Positions 13,481-25,099 of a DNA stretch of 64,000 nucleotides are shown here, one piece after another (within the stretch, counting starts at the first letter, position 1; every line of letters begins with the position of its first letter). Both the position numbers and the translations under genes were made by a program. A model generated the notes under the pieces. The model saw only the letters and a program-made list of their open reading frames with translations, did no database searches and was not told the DNA's origin. The DNA lies in contig JAQFVV010000005.1 of assembly GCA_028023455.1 (NCBI GenBank), positions 62,001 through 126,000 on the forward strand, given 5' to 3'. Source of the DNA: Epiperipatus broadwayi (Eukaryota; Animalia; Onychophora).

Positions 13481-14009
13481 TTCTCCATTTTACGAGCAAA
13501 AAATGAACCTGGTAAAACAATAACATTCATTAAATGTATTTTAAATTAGTCCTGCATAGGTCCATAAATCAAAACCCATCTTTATTTCTTTTAAGTCTGA
13601 ACTTCTTATGAACTCTTGAATGATAAATCATTCAATTACTTACAACCTTTCTATTTATTTACTGGCACCTTCATTTTTCTTAAATATAATGAAAACAATA
13701 GAAAAAACATGGAAGCTCTCTGTCTTAACTCTATATAAAATTTAATTTTAACAGATTCTGAACTTTTTCACCTAAAAAGCATAATATTTTGATGTAATTC
13801 CCTAATTATGTCCACTAATCCTTTCTATATTTAAGAAAAATTTCTAACTATTTATTACTCATTCTATCATAAGCTTTCTCTCCACTTATGAAAACCTTAC
13901 ATAAATACTTGTCTCACTTATTCATTTATATTAGTTGTGTAATTCTATGTAAACTATTATCTATATGGACTTAAAATTGGTTTTAGTACAGTGGATCACA
14001 CCCAAGCAT

Positions 14010-15230
14010 TGAGAGAAGTTATAGAGTGGACCAATAAATATGATTCTACTATGCTTTGGATTTGTAGATTATGAAAAGGTATTTGCCTTTATAAGCATCT
14101 CTTCAATGGTTAAAGCATTGTAACAATAAGATATAGACCCAAGATGTTGTCATATTTTGAAGAATATTTATCAAAATGCAACAGCAATGATCAGAGTACT
14201 TTGTATACTAAGAAGATTAGCATTGACATGAGTATACAATAGCGTTCTCCATATATCCAAACTGTTTACAGCTGTTTTACAAGAAATATTTTGTGGATTT
14301 GGGAAATTAAGGGAATAAAAATACAAGATTATTTGTTATACAGATTTTGCAGATGACATAATTATTTTTACAAAATGCTTTAGAGCTTCAGGAAATATTA
14401 TAGTAATAAGAAAATAGGACTAAAGATAAATGCTAAAAAGTCTAAAGTTATGTTCAGTGGATTTTAAAACAGGCAAAACTCTCCATACAGTAGTGTCACT
14501 CAGTGCAAGCCAGAGTAATCAATGGAGGCTCTGGCATCCATAATTACTCTGGCTTGCACTGAGTGGCACTACTGTATGGAGAGTTTTGCCTGTTATAATA
14601 ACAGTTATGAGCAAGCATAAGAAATGGTGATCATGCGATGTTTAGTGGATTTTCTCAACAAAAAAAGAGTAAAGACTAACAATGATGAATTTAGAAGAAG
14701 TTAAGACTACAAATACCTTAGTCTGATTATTAATACAGATGGAAACATAAAGGGTGATATCGATCATAGAAATAAATCTAAATGGATTGCTTTTGGTAGA
14801 AATAACAATATTAAAAGTAAAGATATGTCTATGTATTTGAAAAGGAAGACTTTTAATAAATGTATTTTACCAGTTCTTATTTATGGATCTGAGACTTGGA
14901 CACTTAATAGAAGATCAATACATATATCTTAGACCACTTAACAAAAGTTGGAGAAAGATTTATTAGGAGTAACAAAAAGGGATAAATGAAATACATGAGT
15001 GAGAAAACAAACAGGTGTAATGAAAGAAAAAAAGTGAGTTGGGCTGGAATCTTACTCATTGTAAAAGATCTAGAAAGAAACCATATGTGAGATGGATGGC
15101 TGAAATAAGGAAGTGAGCTGGGGATGTGGAGAAAAGAAGCCAGCGATTGGAAAAACTGGATTATAGTTGGAGAAACTATCATCCTGCAGAAAATCAATAA
15201 TGGTTGAAAATAACGATGATGTCTTATATA
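14010..15230 (+). mobile_element. RTE-clade LINE RT 3' portion, interrupted by a family A insertion
   Basis: Motifs DYEKVF, RFADDI, NAKKSKVMF, KCILPVLIYGSETWTL; 3' end catcctgcag...aatggttga..gatgat shared with 33170 and 53100. Confidence 0.85.
14466..14653. mobile_element. Short fold-back copy of family A (no ribozyme retained)
   Basis: Inverted arms 14466-14525 / 14535-14596 plus the family 3' tail ATGGTGATCATG(C/T)GATGTTTAGTGG; 16-bp near-duplicate ATGTT(C/T)AGTGGATTTT at 14450-14465 and 14638-14653. Confidence 0.85.
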
Positions 15231-16382
15231 TTAAATGGGATTGAGGCTCTTTCCATTGTGTTATTTTCTTTTGGCCATTTATTTATTTTTTAGTCATCAT
15301 ATAAGAAAATATATTATGAACCAAGAAGTTATCACAATTAATTAATATTCAATCCGACTTTTATGATTATTATTCTCACATTTAATAATCTGGAAATTCT
15401 GTCCCCTCTATTCAAACATCTCTACTAAATTATTTTAATTGACGTCTCTGCTGCCCGTTTATTTATTTACATTTCACTTTTCCATTATTTAATTTTTTGG
15501 GTGCTTTATTTTACTATTTAAAAAAAATATTATTTTCTTAATATCTTTAAAATTGCTGCTTCATTTTTCTTTACCGATTTTTTTCTGTTTTCATTATATA
15601 ATGTTTGAAGTCATCTATACACTTTCTGTACAGCTGCATTCTCTGTCACTATCTCCAAATACTTCTTTCTGTTATATATTTTATTAATATCTTTAACTAG
15701 TTTATTATTTAATATTTTTTCCCTACCCCAGTTTGATGTGATGTGATGTATTGTGGCTTCTCCTTAAATGAAGTCAAGAATATCTCAGCAATTATGTCCA
15801 GATAAACCTGTTAGCCACTTTATTTCCATTCACCACTCAATTTTTCCAACTGTTGTCTTATAGCGACCTCTACAGACAAAGAGTAAATTATTTTTAAATC
15901 TTATTTGTAATTATTCCAGTTTTGTTTTATTGTTTATAAAAATAATAATAATAAATGTATTCTTTGTATTATCAGGAAATAAATAAATAAAAAGATTTTG
16001 ATTAAAATTGTATTTATCTTTTGTATATTATTTTTACATATTTGTTTGAATGCCATTGTAGGATGAAGATATTTCAGTTTGTCTTCACAAACATTTTCAA
16101 CAAGCTTTCTTATGTAGTAAAGCAGATGAATAGATAGACAGTTAAACAAGTAAGTCGGTGGGTGGATGAGAAGGGTTAGGAATGCAGTGGAATTGAAATA
16201 TACATAGATAGATAGATGGATGGTTGAATAAAATGAGGGATAATGAGATAGATAGTAAACAATTTAATATATTTTTCATTACTTTTCCTCTAAATCCAGT
16301 CAAGAATAGATTAAATTCTCTGCTGACCATCCTGTAGTCTGAAAATCTCCCAAAATCTGGGACTGTTCCAAGAAGCTCTGGT

Positions 16383-17500
16383 TATAAACAAGGCAAAACT
16401 CCCCATACAGTAGTGCCACTGTGTGCAACCAGAGTAATCAATGGATGCCAAAAGGCTTATGCATAAAATCCTTATCTAATGCCTACTTATCCAATATCTC
16501 CAGACTAGTTTCTGGCTTGTGCCCCCATCAGTGAGGAGCTTTGGATCTGAGAGCACTATTTTCAATCTAAGCTTAATATCTTATATAGTCATACGGGTCT
16601 GAAATTCAGTTCAGCACCCATACATTTTGGTGTCTTTGGCTCTTTAACAACCATAGCTGCCACTATCCTATTAGGCAGGATTGGTGTGAAACCATTAAGC
16701 ATCACATGATCACCATTCTCTTTTACTAGCACATAATTGTTTATAAACAAGGCAAAACTCTCTATACAGTAGTGCCACCCTGTGCCAACCAGAGTAATCA
16801 ATGGATGCCAGTAGGTTCAGTGCTCTCAGATCTAAAGCTCCTCACTGACAAAGGCGACAAGCCAGAAACTAGTCTGGGGATATTGGATGAGTAGGCATTA
16901 GATAGGGATTTTATGCACAAGCCTTCTGGCATCCATTGATTACTCTGATTGGCACAGAATGGCACTACTGTATGAGGAGTTTTACCTTGTTTATAAACAA
17001 TTATGTGCTAGTATAAGAGATGATCATGTGATGCTTAATGGTTTAACACAAATCCTGCCTAATAGAATAGTGGTGGCTATGCTTGTTAAAGAGCCAAAGA
17101 CACCAAAATTTATGGGTGCTGAACTGAGTTCAGATCCATATGACTATATAAGCTATTGAGCTTAGATTGAAAATATTATTGTGTTTTCAATTTCATTCTC
17201 ATAGTTTTATAGTTAAGTAGAGATAAAAGGTGGTTGCTGGAGGGTTGCATTAGATCCTAAGATCTAGGTGCAGTGCTCTCAGATCCAAAGCTCCTCACTG
17301 ATGAAGGCCACAAGCCAGAAACTAGTCTGGGGATATTGGATGAGTAGGCATTAGATAGGGATTTTATGCACAAACCTTTTGGCATCCATTGATTACTCTA
17401 GTTGGCACAGGGTGGCACTATTATATGGGGAATTTTGCCTTGTTTATAAACAATTATGTGCTAGTATAAGAGATGGTGATCATGTGATGCTTAATGGTTT
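16383..17500. mobile_element. Family A hammerhead element: antisense unit fused to a sense head-to-tail ~1.5-mer (retrozyme/PLE pLTR-like)
   Basis: Sense hammerheads at ~16832-16890 (core CTGACAA, mutated) and ~17281-17341 (intact core) with cleavage sites 453 nt apart; antisense hammerhead at ~16490-16550; unit junction ATGGTTT|(A/C)ACAC.AATCCTGCC present on both arms. Confidence 0.85.
17282..17341 (+). ncRNA. Minimal type I hammerhead ribozyme motif (family A)
   Basis: TCCTCA-CTGATGA(17298-17304)-A-GGC CACAA GCC-A-GAAA(17318-17321)-CTAG-TC|TGGGGA. Stem I TCCTCA/TGGGGA is extended by ATCCAA/TTGGAT across an internal loop. Stem III region is the palindrome ACTAGT. Predicted cleavage after 17327. 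Confidence 0.8.
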
Positions 17501-18494
17501 AGAGATTCTGTTTAACCAACTTTGTAATAACCATTTTGAATATTTTTAACTTGTAATAGACCTATCTAGTAAAGAAAAGTACTTAAAGGAACTTATATTA
17601 AAAGCAATCTCATTTTATAGATTACTTATAATAAGATATCATAGTCTAAAAAAATAATATTAATAAGTACTTAGAGATGCAGATTGATGGAGAGATATTT
17701 AAAATTATAATTACATTAAAAAAATAGGGCCTAGTCCAAACATAACAATAGGAAATCTATTGCTCATTCTTTAGAGAAAATTTATTATGCTAAGTTTTAA
17801 TAAAAAACAATAAAGTCATCAATATGAATTTGAAAATTTATCTTGGTAATAAAGTATTGAATTCTCTTAAGGAGGGCGCTGTGGGTATATAAGTTGTAGG
17901 TTCACAAAAAGAATCTTCACTGGTTCTCTGACAATGATTCTATTATTAGTGATTTTATTAGAAAGATTCATGGTATTTTCTGCTTGACAAAATAATATAT
18001 TAAATATGGAGCTTGATGGATTAAACCTGTAGAGGAAATGGAGTCATTTGCTAAACCTTAGTAATTTTAGATTATTTTTTGGCACATTAATGTAAGAAAT
18101 TGAAAAATGACTCTTTAATCCTATTATTAAACTCATGAATGGCATCTATTTTATGTGCAATGATACTTTGAAAGCAGAGAGAATATTTTGATTACCATTT
18201 AATTCATACAATGGCCTTAATAATATATTCATCCTATCTACTCATTTGATTTAAAGGTATCCGGCTTAATGTAGCTTGAAGTTCTGTTTAATCTTTTAAA
18301 AATGGCTTCAATTCTGATGAGGTACCTTGATAAATTTAAAATATGCTAATAACAATATATATATATATTAGAAATATGTAGATGCATGACGTTTACCATC
18401 TGGTCTTATTATTCTCATTTATAAAATAAAGAAAAGGAATAGTAACCAAAGCAAATATCATAGAATGTCATTGTTATCCACTAGAACAAAAATA

Positions 18495-19069
18495 GGCAAA
18501 ACTTACTATACATATTGCTACTCACTGCAAGCTAGAGTAATCAATGGATGCCAGAAGGCTTGTGCACAAAATTCCCATCTAGTGCCTACTCATCCAATAT
18601 CCCCAGACTAGTTTTGTGGCCTTCATCAGTGAAAAGCCTTGAATCTGAGAGCACTGCATCTATATCTTAGGATCTAATTTAACCTTTCAGCAGCCACCTT
18701 TTATCTCTACTTAACTACAAAGTTATGAGTCTTAAATTGAAAACACTTTAATATTTTCAATTCAAGCCCATTAGCTTATATAATCATATAGATCTGAACT
18801 CACTTCAGTACCTATACACTTTGGTGTCTTTGGTTCTTTAATAACCATAGCCACAACTATTCTATTAGGCAGGATTGGTTTTATGCCAATAAACATCACA
18901 TGATAAACATTTCTGGGGATATTGGATGAGTAGGCACTAGATGGGGATTTTATCCACAAGCCTTCTGGCATCCATTGATTACTCTAGCTTGCAGTGAGTA
19001 GCAATACGTATAGTGAGTTTCAGTTATAAGCAAGTATAAAAAATGGTGATCATGTGATGTTTATTGGCT
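18495..19069. mobile_element. Family A insertion (antisense unit plus sense 3' part) with 13-bp TSD
   Basis: TSD TAGAACAAAAATA at 18482-18494 and 19070-19082; antisense hammerhead ~18595-18645 has lost part of stem II/GAAA; sense arm starts at ~18912. Confidence 0.85.
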
Positions 19070-19279
19070 TAGAACAAAAATACTTTCAAAAATTTTGCTG
19101 AATATGTTTACTTCCAGTCATAAATAAATTGTTTTATAAAACTTCCTGTGGTTTAAAGAATCAAGATGTACGCTAGATATATTTTTGTTGCTAAGAAAAT
19201 GAAAGAAAACTATCAGAAACAAAATGGGATTTGATTTATGTATATTACTTTTATCGTCAAAATATTTGACTCAAATAAT

Positions 19280-19800
19280 CAAAAATATACTTGTTGGTAA
19301 GATGGAAAATCAGCTGGTTGGCCATTGAAGTTATTCATACATCATCTACATGTTGAGAGCATGCATTATCAATGCTAGCAATAAATATGAAACATTTAAA
19401 ATGAATACTGGTGTTTTAGCAGAGGTGTCTACTATATCTGAATTTGTTCTTTATTTTTTTACAACAGTGGTCTTTGGAACAGTTAAAGGTGATTTCATGA
19501 AGACATCAAAATTGAATTTTAAATTGAACTGATTAAAAAATAAAGCAAGAACTTCAGGACATAGTATGCTGATGATAATATTTTTACTATATTCAACAAA
19601 TGATCTAAAATATTTTTAATGATGTTCTCTACTCTTTCATTCTTCTTATCTGTGTCCTTTTCACAATCCTCTGGCTTTCTAGCAGTTTTTTTTTCAGAGC
19701 TTTAAATTTTCTTATTTATTAAAATAATTCTGAAGAAGGCTGCTAGGTGGTCAAAACTGTCAGATAATTGAATAAAAAACATTATGAAGAATATAAAGAA
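19280..19800 (+). mobile_element. Probable PLE remnant: RT-like YADD segment followed by a pLTR-type hammerhead
   Basis: YADDNIFTIFN near 19563; CTGAAGA(19730-19736)-A-GGC..GTC-AAAA-CTG-TC then AATAAA. GTCAAAA is explicable as CpG decay of GCCGAAA. Confidence 0.4.
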
Positions 19801-19805
19801 AAGAT

Positions 19806-19997
19806 AATTCTTTAGAGATTTATTTAATGTTCTTAATTACTAAACAAAATATATGTTGCATTCAAAACATTAAGAACATTAAATAAATATTTTGTTTAGT
19901 AATTCTTTAGAGATTTATTTAATGTTCTTAATTACTAAACAAAATATATTTTGCATTCAAAACATTAAGAACATTAAATAAATATTTTGTTTAGTAA
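19806..19997. repeat. Tandem duplication of a ~95-bp unit containing internal inverted segments
   Basis: aattctttagagatttatttaatgttcttaattactaaacaaaatat...ttaagaacattaaataaatattttgtttagt occurs twice. Confidence 0.9.
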
Positions 19998-21530
19998 TTA
20001 ATGTTCAGCGACAATGAAATGCTTTATCAATCAATGAAAATCCTTCAATAACTTTTAGATTGAATGATTCAAGTTAAATAGGTGAATTTAAATATTTTGT
20101 TAGCTTTTAAGGTATTAATGATGACTTGGATAAGTGTTTTACAAATTCCAATCTTCCACTGCAGCTGTTACTGAAGTAAATAATAGCATATTTCATCACA
20201 ATTATATAACTTCTATAAATAAATAAGTTATAGAGAGAGACTGTTATTTATTAAATTGGAGTCAAAAATGCTGTGTATATAATTAAAGAATAAAAATGTT
20301 ATTGCATAAACACAATTAATGTAAAATGAGATATCCAAAATATGAGCAGCTCATGACATCTAGTCTCTACAATAACGTAATTGAGTGAAGAAGGAAAAGA
20401 GGAAGACAAAAGAGATTGTTTGTATCAGAGACAATGCTTAGCCTTTGATGAATTAACATCCTGTTCTTCAAGACAACAGGAACTGTTGGCCAGGCACTAT
20501 TTGTTTATCATTTTACAGTTATCCTTCATATCTAAAATATATTCTGCTATCTGTTATCTGTTGACAAAGATATTTAGTTTAGTGCTGCTAAAACAGCTCT
20601 TTGTAATCTCAAAAATAAAAAGATCGTACATTCTGATAAAATATCTGGAGAAGTAAAATATGGTGATAATGTGCTAAACTTCAAAAATATTTTTTTAGAA
20701 ATATATGGACTCATGAAGTTGTGCCACCTGATTTGAAGAATGTTTTTATTCCAGTTTTTAAAAGCAAGAAGAATAGACAATATTGCTGTAATTATTGTGG
20801 AAATATCATTATTCTCCACTATATCAAATATAAACATCATATGGATCACTATGCTGTTTTACATCAAAGTTACTTTCAAGGATTTTGTACAATAAGTTTA
20901 TTTTCAGTCATAGATAAATGGTTACCAAATACTCATGGCTTTAGAGAATCAGAATGCAAGAAAAATGTCAGGAATAAAGGGATGATTTATATATTGCTTT
21001 TATTGATAAAGTTAAAGCATTTGATTCAATTAAAATGATAGATTTATGGCATTATTTGAAATTGATCGATTGATCACCAAAATTTATTTATATTATACAA
21101 CTTCTTCATGATGGAATGAAATGAAATATGATTACTGCAAGTGGAAAGTCTAAAGCATTTGAAGGAAAACTCGTGTTAATCAAGAATATACACTTGTTCC
21201 AATATTGTTTTCAAAACAAAAATTAAGATACAATGCAGGTTTGCTGCATTTTTTTAATGATTGAATCAATTAAAAGCAAAAACGAGAACTTCTTTTTGGA
21301 TTCTGGATTTACAGTATGTTGATGATTAGGCTATTTTCTTCCAGTTCAAAAAACAATTTACAGCATATGCTTAAATGGTTTGAATGCAACATATAAAGAC
21401 TTTGATTTATTAATTAATGTTTAAAAACCTCAAGTTCTTTATTAGTCTATGACAGAAGAAAAATCTTAACCTTAATTTGGATGATTATCAACTTAAAAAT
21501 GTAAACCAGTTTAAATACATTGATAATTTT

Positions 21531-21867
21531 ACAAATAAATAAAGTCAGATGTCACATGACCTATTTTAAACATGCTTGTTTTACAAATGTTTTATAAAGA
21601 GCTTGCAAATAAGCTCTTTACAAGCTTTGCAGAATATCCTCAACTCCAGACCGGTTTTCTGCTACTGGCTTCATCAGTGAGATGCCAGGATATTCAAGCA
21701 TTGAGGTGCTGAAATATTCAAGCATTAGATTTTTAATATTAGTATTTTTAATCTAATGCTTGAATATCCTGGCACTTGACTGATGAAGCCAGTAGCAGAA
21801 ACCGGTCTGGGATTGAGGATATTTCGCAAAGCTTGTTAAGAACTTATTTATAAGCTCTTTATAAAAA
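21531..21867. mobile_element. Family A2 fold-back hammerhead element with 12-bp TSD
   Basis: Arms 21585-21715 / 21735-21870; hammerhead on + at 21780-21807 (CTGATGA-A-GC CAGTA GC-A-GAAA-CCGG-TC) and its inverse at ~21645-21677; direct repeat ATTGATAATTTT at 21519-21530 and 21868-21879. Confidence 0.85.
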
Positions 21868-22189
21868 ATTGATAATTTTTTAAGTAGAAAGGAATATTGA
21901 GATACAACATGACTGTCCAATCTGCTGCTGCTGTTGAGAAGTTAAAAGATAGAATATTTCATCATAGGGAAATAATTACTGCAACTAAGTTAGCTATATA
22001 TTGATCTATTGTTTTACCTAATTTAATGTGAGGAAGTGAAAACTGTACACTTCTTCAGCACAGTATAAAGTTATTAAAAAAATTTCATTTAAGAATGTTC
22101 TGTAAAATTTTGTGGCAAGATCATAAAACCAAACAATATGCTACCTATATATGTGCTGAACAATTATAAAGGTATGAGTAAGAGATTGT

Positions 22190-22290
22190 GGTCTAGTCCA
22201 ACTGATGAGTGCTAGTTCAGCACAAAATGTGCATTTTGAGGATCGTAGATCCTTTTCACATATCTTTGGTCATTTGTTTATGATTATATC
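22190..22290 (+). ncRNA. Family B hammerhead motif, CpG-decayed
   Basis: TCCAA-CTGATGA(22202-22208)-GTGCT AGTTC AGCAC-AAAA-TGTGCA-TT-TTGAGG; perfect 5-bp stem II; G12 is A. Confidence 0.7.
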
Positions 22291-23318
22291 CCTCCACAAG
22301 GTATTAAAAATGGATAGAAACTAGTCCTTACCTTGCGTGACTACAGAAATATTATTCATTATTGGATAATCTCTAGTCTAATGAATGATTAAAAATATGT
22401 TATTCACCTTGCTGGGTATAATACTATAAAGTCCACTATTGTAAAATTATACCATCATTGTATTGGACATGTAAACCAAATGATCAATGCAAGTCTTTCT
22501 AAAAGACCATTTTGTGGTGACCTTGGGCATGGTTTTTGTGGGAGAGGTATATCCTATCTTCATTGTAAGAATTATCTCAAAGACTGTCTAAAGAAATGCA
22601 ATATCACCATTGAGAAGATATGGCTGAGAATGAATATCTTGGAGAGCTACAATTAGATATGATATTGAAATATTTAGAAATAAAAATTTTCTGCTAAAGA
22701 AATTAAAATATGTCATAAAATATCAAGTCAATTGAAAAATGAACTTGCATGTTTTATATGTGGACAAATTTGTGTTTTCCAGATGGTTTGTATAATAATC
22801 ACAAAACCCATTTCTAGAGCTGTTTTCTCTTTTTTGCTATGTTTTCTGTTGTTAGAATTATTATTTATTAGATATAAAGTAAGATATAAATCCCTAAGGG
22901 CACTACAAACATTTCATTTTAAAATGCTTTGTAAGATTCTAAAACCTAGTGGTAAAATCTTGCAATAAATTAGCCGGTTCTTTATTTTGCTAGTTGATAC
23001 GTATATGTATGCTTAAATGCATATACATATAAATATATAAATGACTAATGTAAATAAATAATAAGTTATAGAGGAATTAAAGAATTTTAAAAAACTGCTT
23101 CTTTTAAAATAGGAAATAAAAATTATTTATAACTTTGTAAGATTAGAAAAAAGATTATTTTCTAAAAGTAAAAGCAATTAAATTAATGAATGGAATGCAG
23201 TATGATAATGGGATATAGAGCAATTAAATGAATTAGAGTTTAGATTGTCGTTATGATTATAAAATGTAAGCAAAAAATAACTCATTAATTAAAATCAGAT
23301 ATATAATGGTTAAATTCT

Positions 23319-23740
23319 TGTAGCTAGCATGTGAGCAATGAAAGGAAAAATCACCTGAGCAGAATACGAACCAATCAGCTTTAGGAATGAAACAATGAAA
23401 GGACTCAGTGCAAGTTGGGACAAGAAAAGGATACCTGATTCTTGGAGCTTCACTTGTGCTCACAAGTTGTTGCAGAACATCACCTGAATGCACAGGTACT
23501 TCAAGTACTTCTCCGAAGGTGTGAACAGCCGGCTAGGATTATGGGCCTATGTATATATGTTATGTATTTAGATTTATATATAATTTATAATATTTGATTA
23601 ACAATTGTTAAGTGTATTATTATTAAATTGCATTTAATCTCAACCTAATAGAATTGTGTCATTACTGGGAGATTATTGTCATTAAGTTAGTCTGGGAATG
23701 GCTAAATACACAGATAAGGTGTCCGGCAATAACATAACAC
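23319..23740. mobile_element. Possible solo LTR
   Basis: Locally GC-richer block bounded by TGTAGC...TAACA; no TSD verified. Confidence 0.3.
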
Positions 23741-24522
23741 TAGGTAATGATGTTGAATCTGCTCTTGTAAATATTCAGCTTCAACAGAAGGGTCTTGTGA
23801 AACAAATGACTAAAAGAGATTTCAAAAATATTTCTTGATGACTTTAAAGTGACTTTTATGGATAAGTTGGGACCTGTTTACATTATAAAGATTATCACGA
23901 AATCATTAAAGAAGTGGAATATTGAATGCTTTTATTGATTTAAAAAGTATGGCAGGATAAAACTCAATGGACAGCTACAATTGGGAAAGTGTAGAAGTTT
24001 TTCAAAAAGTTAAGTTTGCTGCAAAAATGAAAGTATTTCCAAATGCAAAATAAATTATAAGGACCAATATGTAAATAAATAAATAATCAAATGTTCTCTT
24101 GCTCAGAAATTCATAATAAGTTTAAGTATCAGAAATAATAAATTGGGCCATGATTCATCCATCTTGAGATGTAGAATCTATCACTCTATCAGTACACCAA
24201 AAAGAACCGGAAGACCAGCATGTAGTAAATGTATTTATGATCCAAGGATTGATTTATATATTCATCTCAAAATTTTATTTCTTACTCTTTATTCTTTCTT
24301 TTGGTTTTTCATCTGAAGTTATAATGGCCATACTCATTAATAAATGATTGCTAATTATGATGATGATTATGATAGTATAATAAGTAAATAAAATAGACAG
24401 ATGTACTATTCACTATTACAGTTAAACCAATTTTTACATTTAGTATAAAACTGTATTTTATTATAGTAAACAGTCATTCTTTTTTTATTATTATCAATTT
24501 AAACCTCTATCTTTGTTTTCAA

Positions 24523-24614
24523 GCATTGGTGGCCTAGTGGTTAGCATAACTGCCTTCCAAGCAGCCGGCCCGAGTTCGCTTTCCGTTCAACGCTTTGACA
24601 TTAAAAAAAAAAAA
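24523..24614 (+). mobile_element. tRNA-Gly(TCC)-derived SINE / retrocopy
   Basis: GCATTGGTGGCCTAGTGGTTAGCATAACTGCCTTCCAAGCAG...GAGTTCGC...CAACGC closely follows eukaryotic tRNA-Gly(TCC); non-tRNA tail plus poly-A; TSD AAACCT(C/T)TATCTTTGTT. Confidence 0.85.
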
Positions 24615-25099
24615 CCTTTATCTTTGTTGTTCGTATTTTTTTCATTCTGAGCCCTGATTAGTTATGAGTTTTATAACGTGTCTTTATTTCTCCTCTGATT
24701 GTCTTCGCTAAGTTTCTTAAAGTGTTTGTTTCTTCAATCTTCTTACTAGAAATCCACCACTACAATCGGAAGAATCCCATTTTCCCTTACATGACTTAAA
24801 AGCCACCGTGCTTAAAAAATAGATTCATTACTACACTGCTACTTGAAACTGTTTCTGTTCTGGATTTTCTAACCTTTTTATTTTTAATTACTGGAAATAT
24901 TTAAGTAAAAATTTTAAAACTAATTCTATGACAATTAATCATCTCCAGTCCAATGTAAACACGAAGATATTCAGAATAAGGGAAAGAATAAAACAGAAAA
25001 TCATGTCTTTAAACTCTTTTATTTCTACATTAAGAAAATAAATACACTAACATATATACATAATATGATTAACTACAAGTATCCTTAACTAATTGACAT

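Larger units (their letters stand above)
20300..22760 (+). mobile_element. Long decayed RTE-clade LINE ORF2 carrying two nested hammerhead elements
   Basis: Motifs VFIPVFKSKKNRQYCCNYCGNII, HGFRESE, LKNVNQFKY, VLPNLM*GSENCTL, and a C-terminal C.ICG.IC; interrupted at 21531 and ~22150. Confidence 0.75.

Noticed and set aside
16490-16890. Ambisense viroid-like or obelisk-like genome with ribozymes in both polarities
   Set aside because: The antisense hammerhead is simply the inverted copy of the same unit; each monomer encodes only one polarity.
16383-17500. Interpretation as TIR MITE, Helentron/DINE-1 or CRISPR-like array
   Set aside because: Variable 12-16-bp TSDs, variable arm length, tandem units and hammerhead cores favour retrotransposition; there are no unique spacers or cas genes.
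18311-18335. CTGATGA-GGTACC as a hammerhead
   Set aside because: No GAAA or stem I pairing follows. Similar isolated CTGAAGA/CTGATGA hits at ~26813, ~27002, ~25735(-) and ~45545(-) were rejected for the same reason.
16589-18971. Repeated small ORFs ..LPNRIVVAM.VKEPKTPK..
   Set aside because: Starts and stops differ between copies; these are readings of the family A repeat with no recognisable domain.
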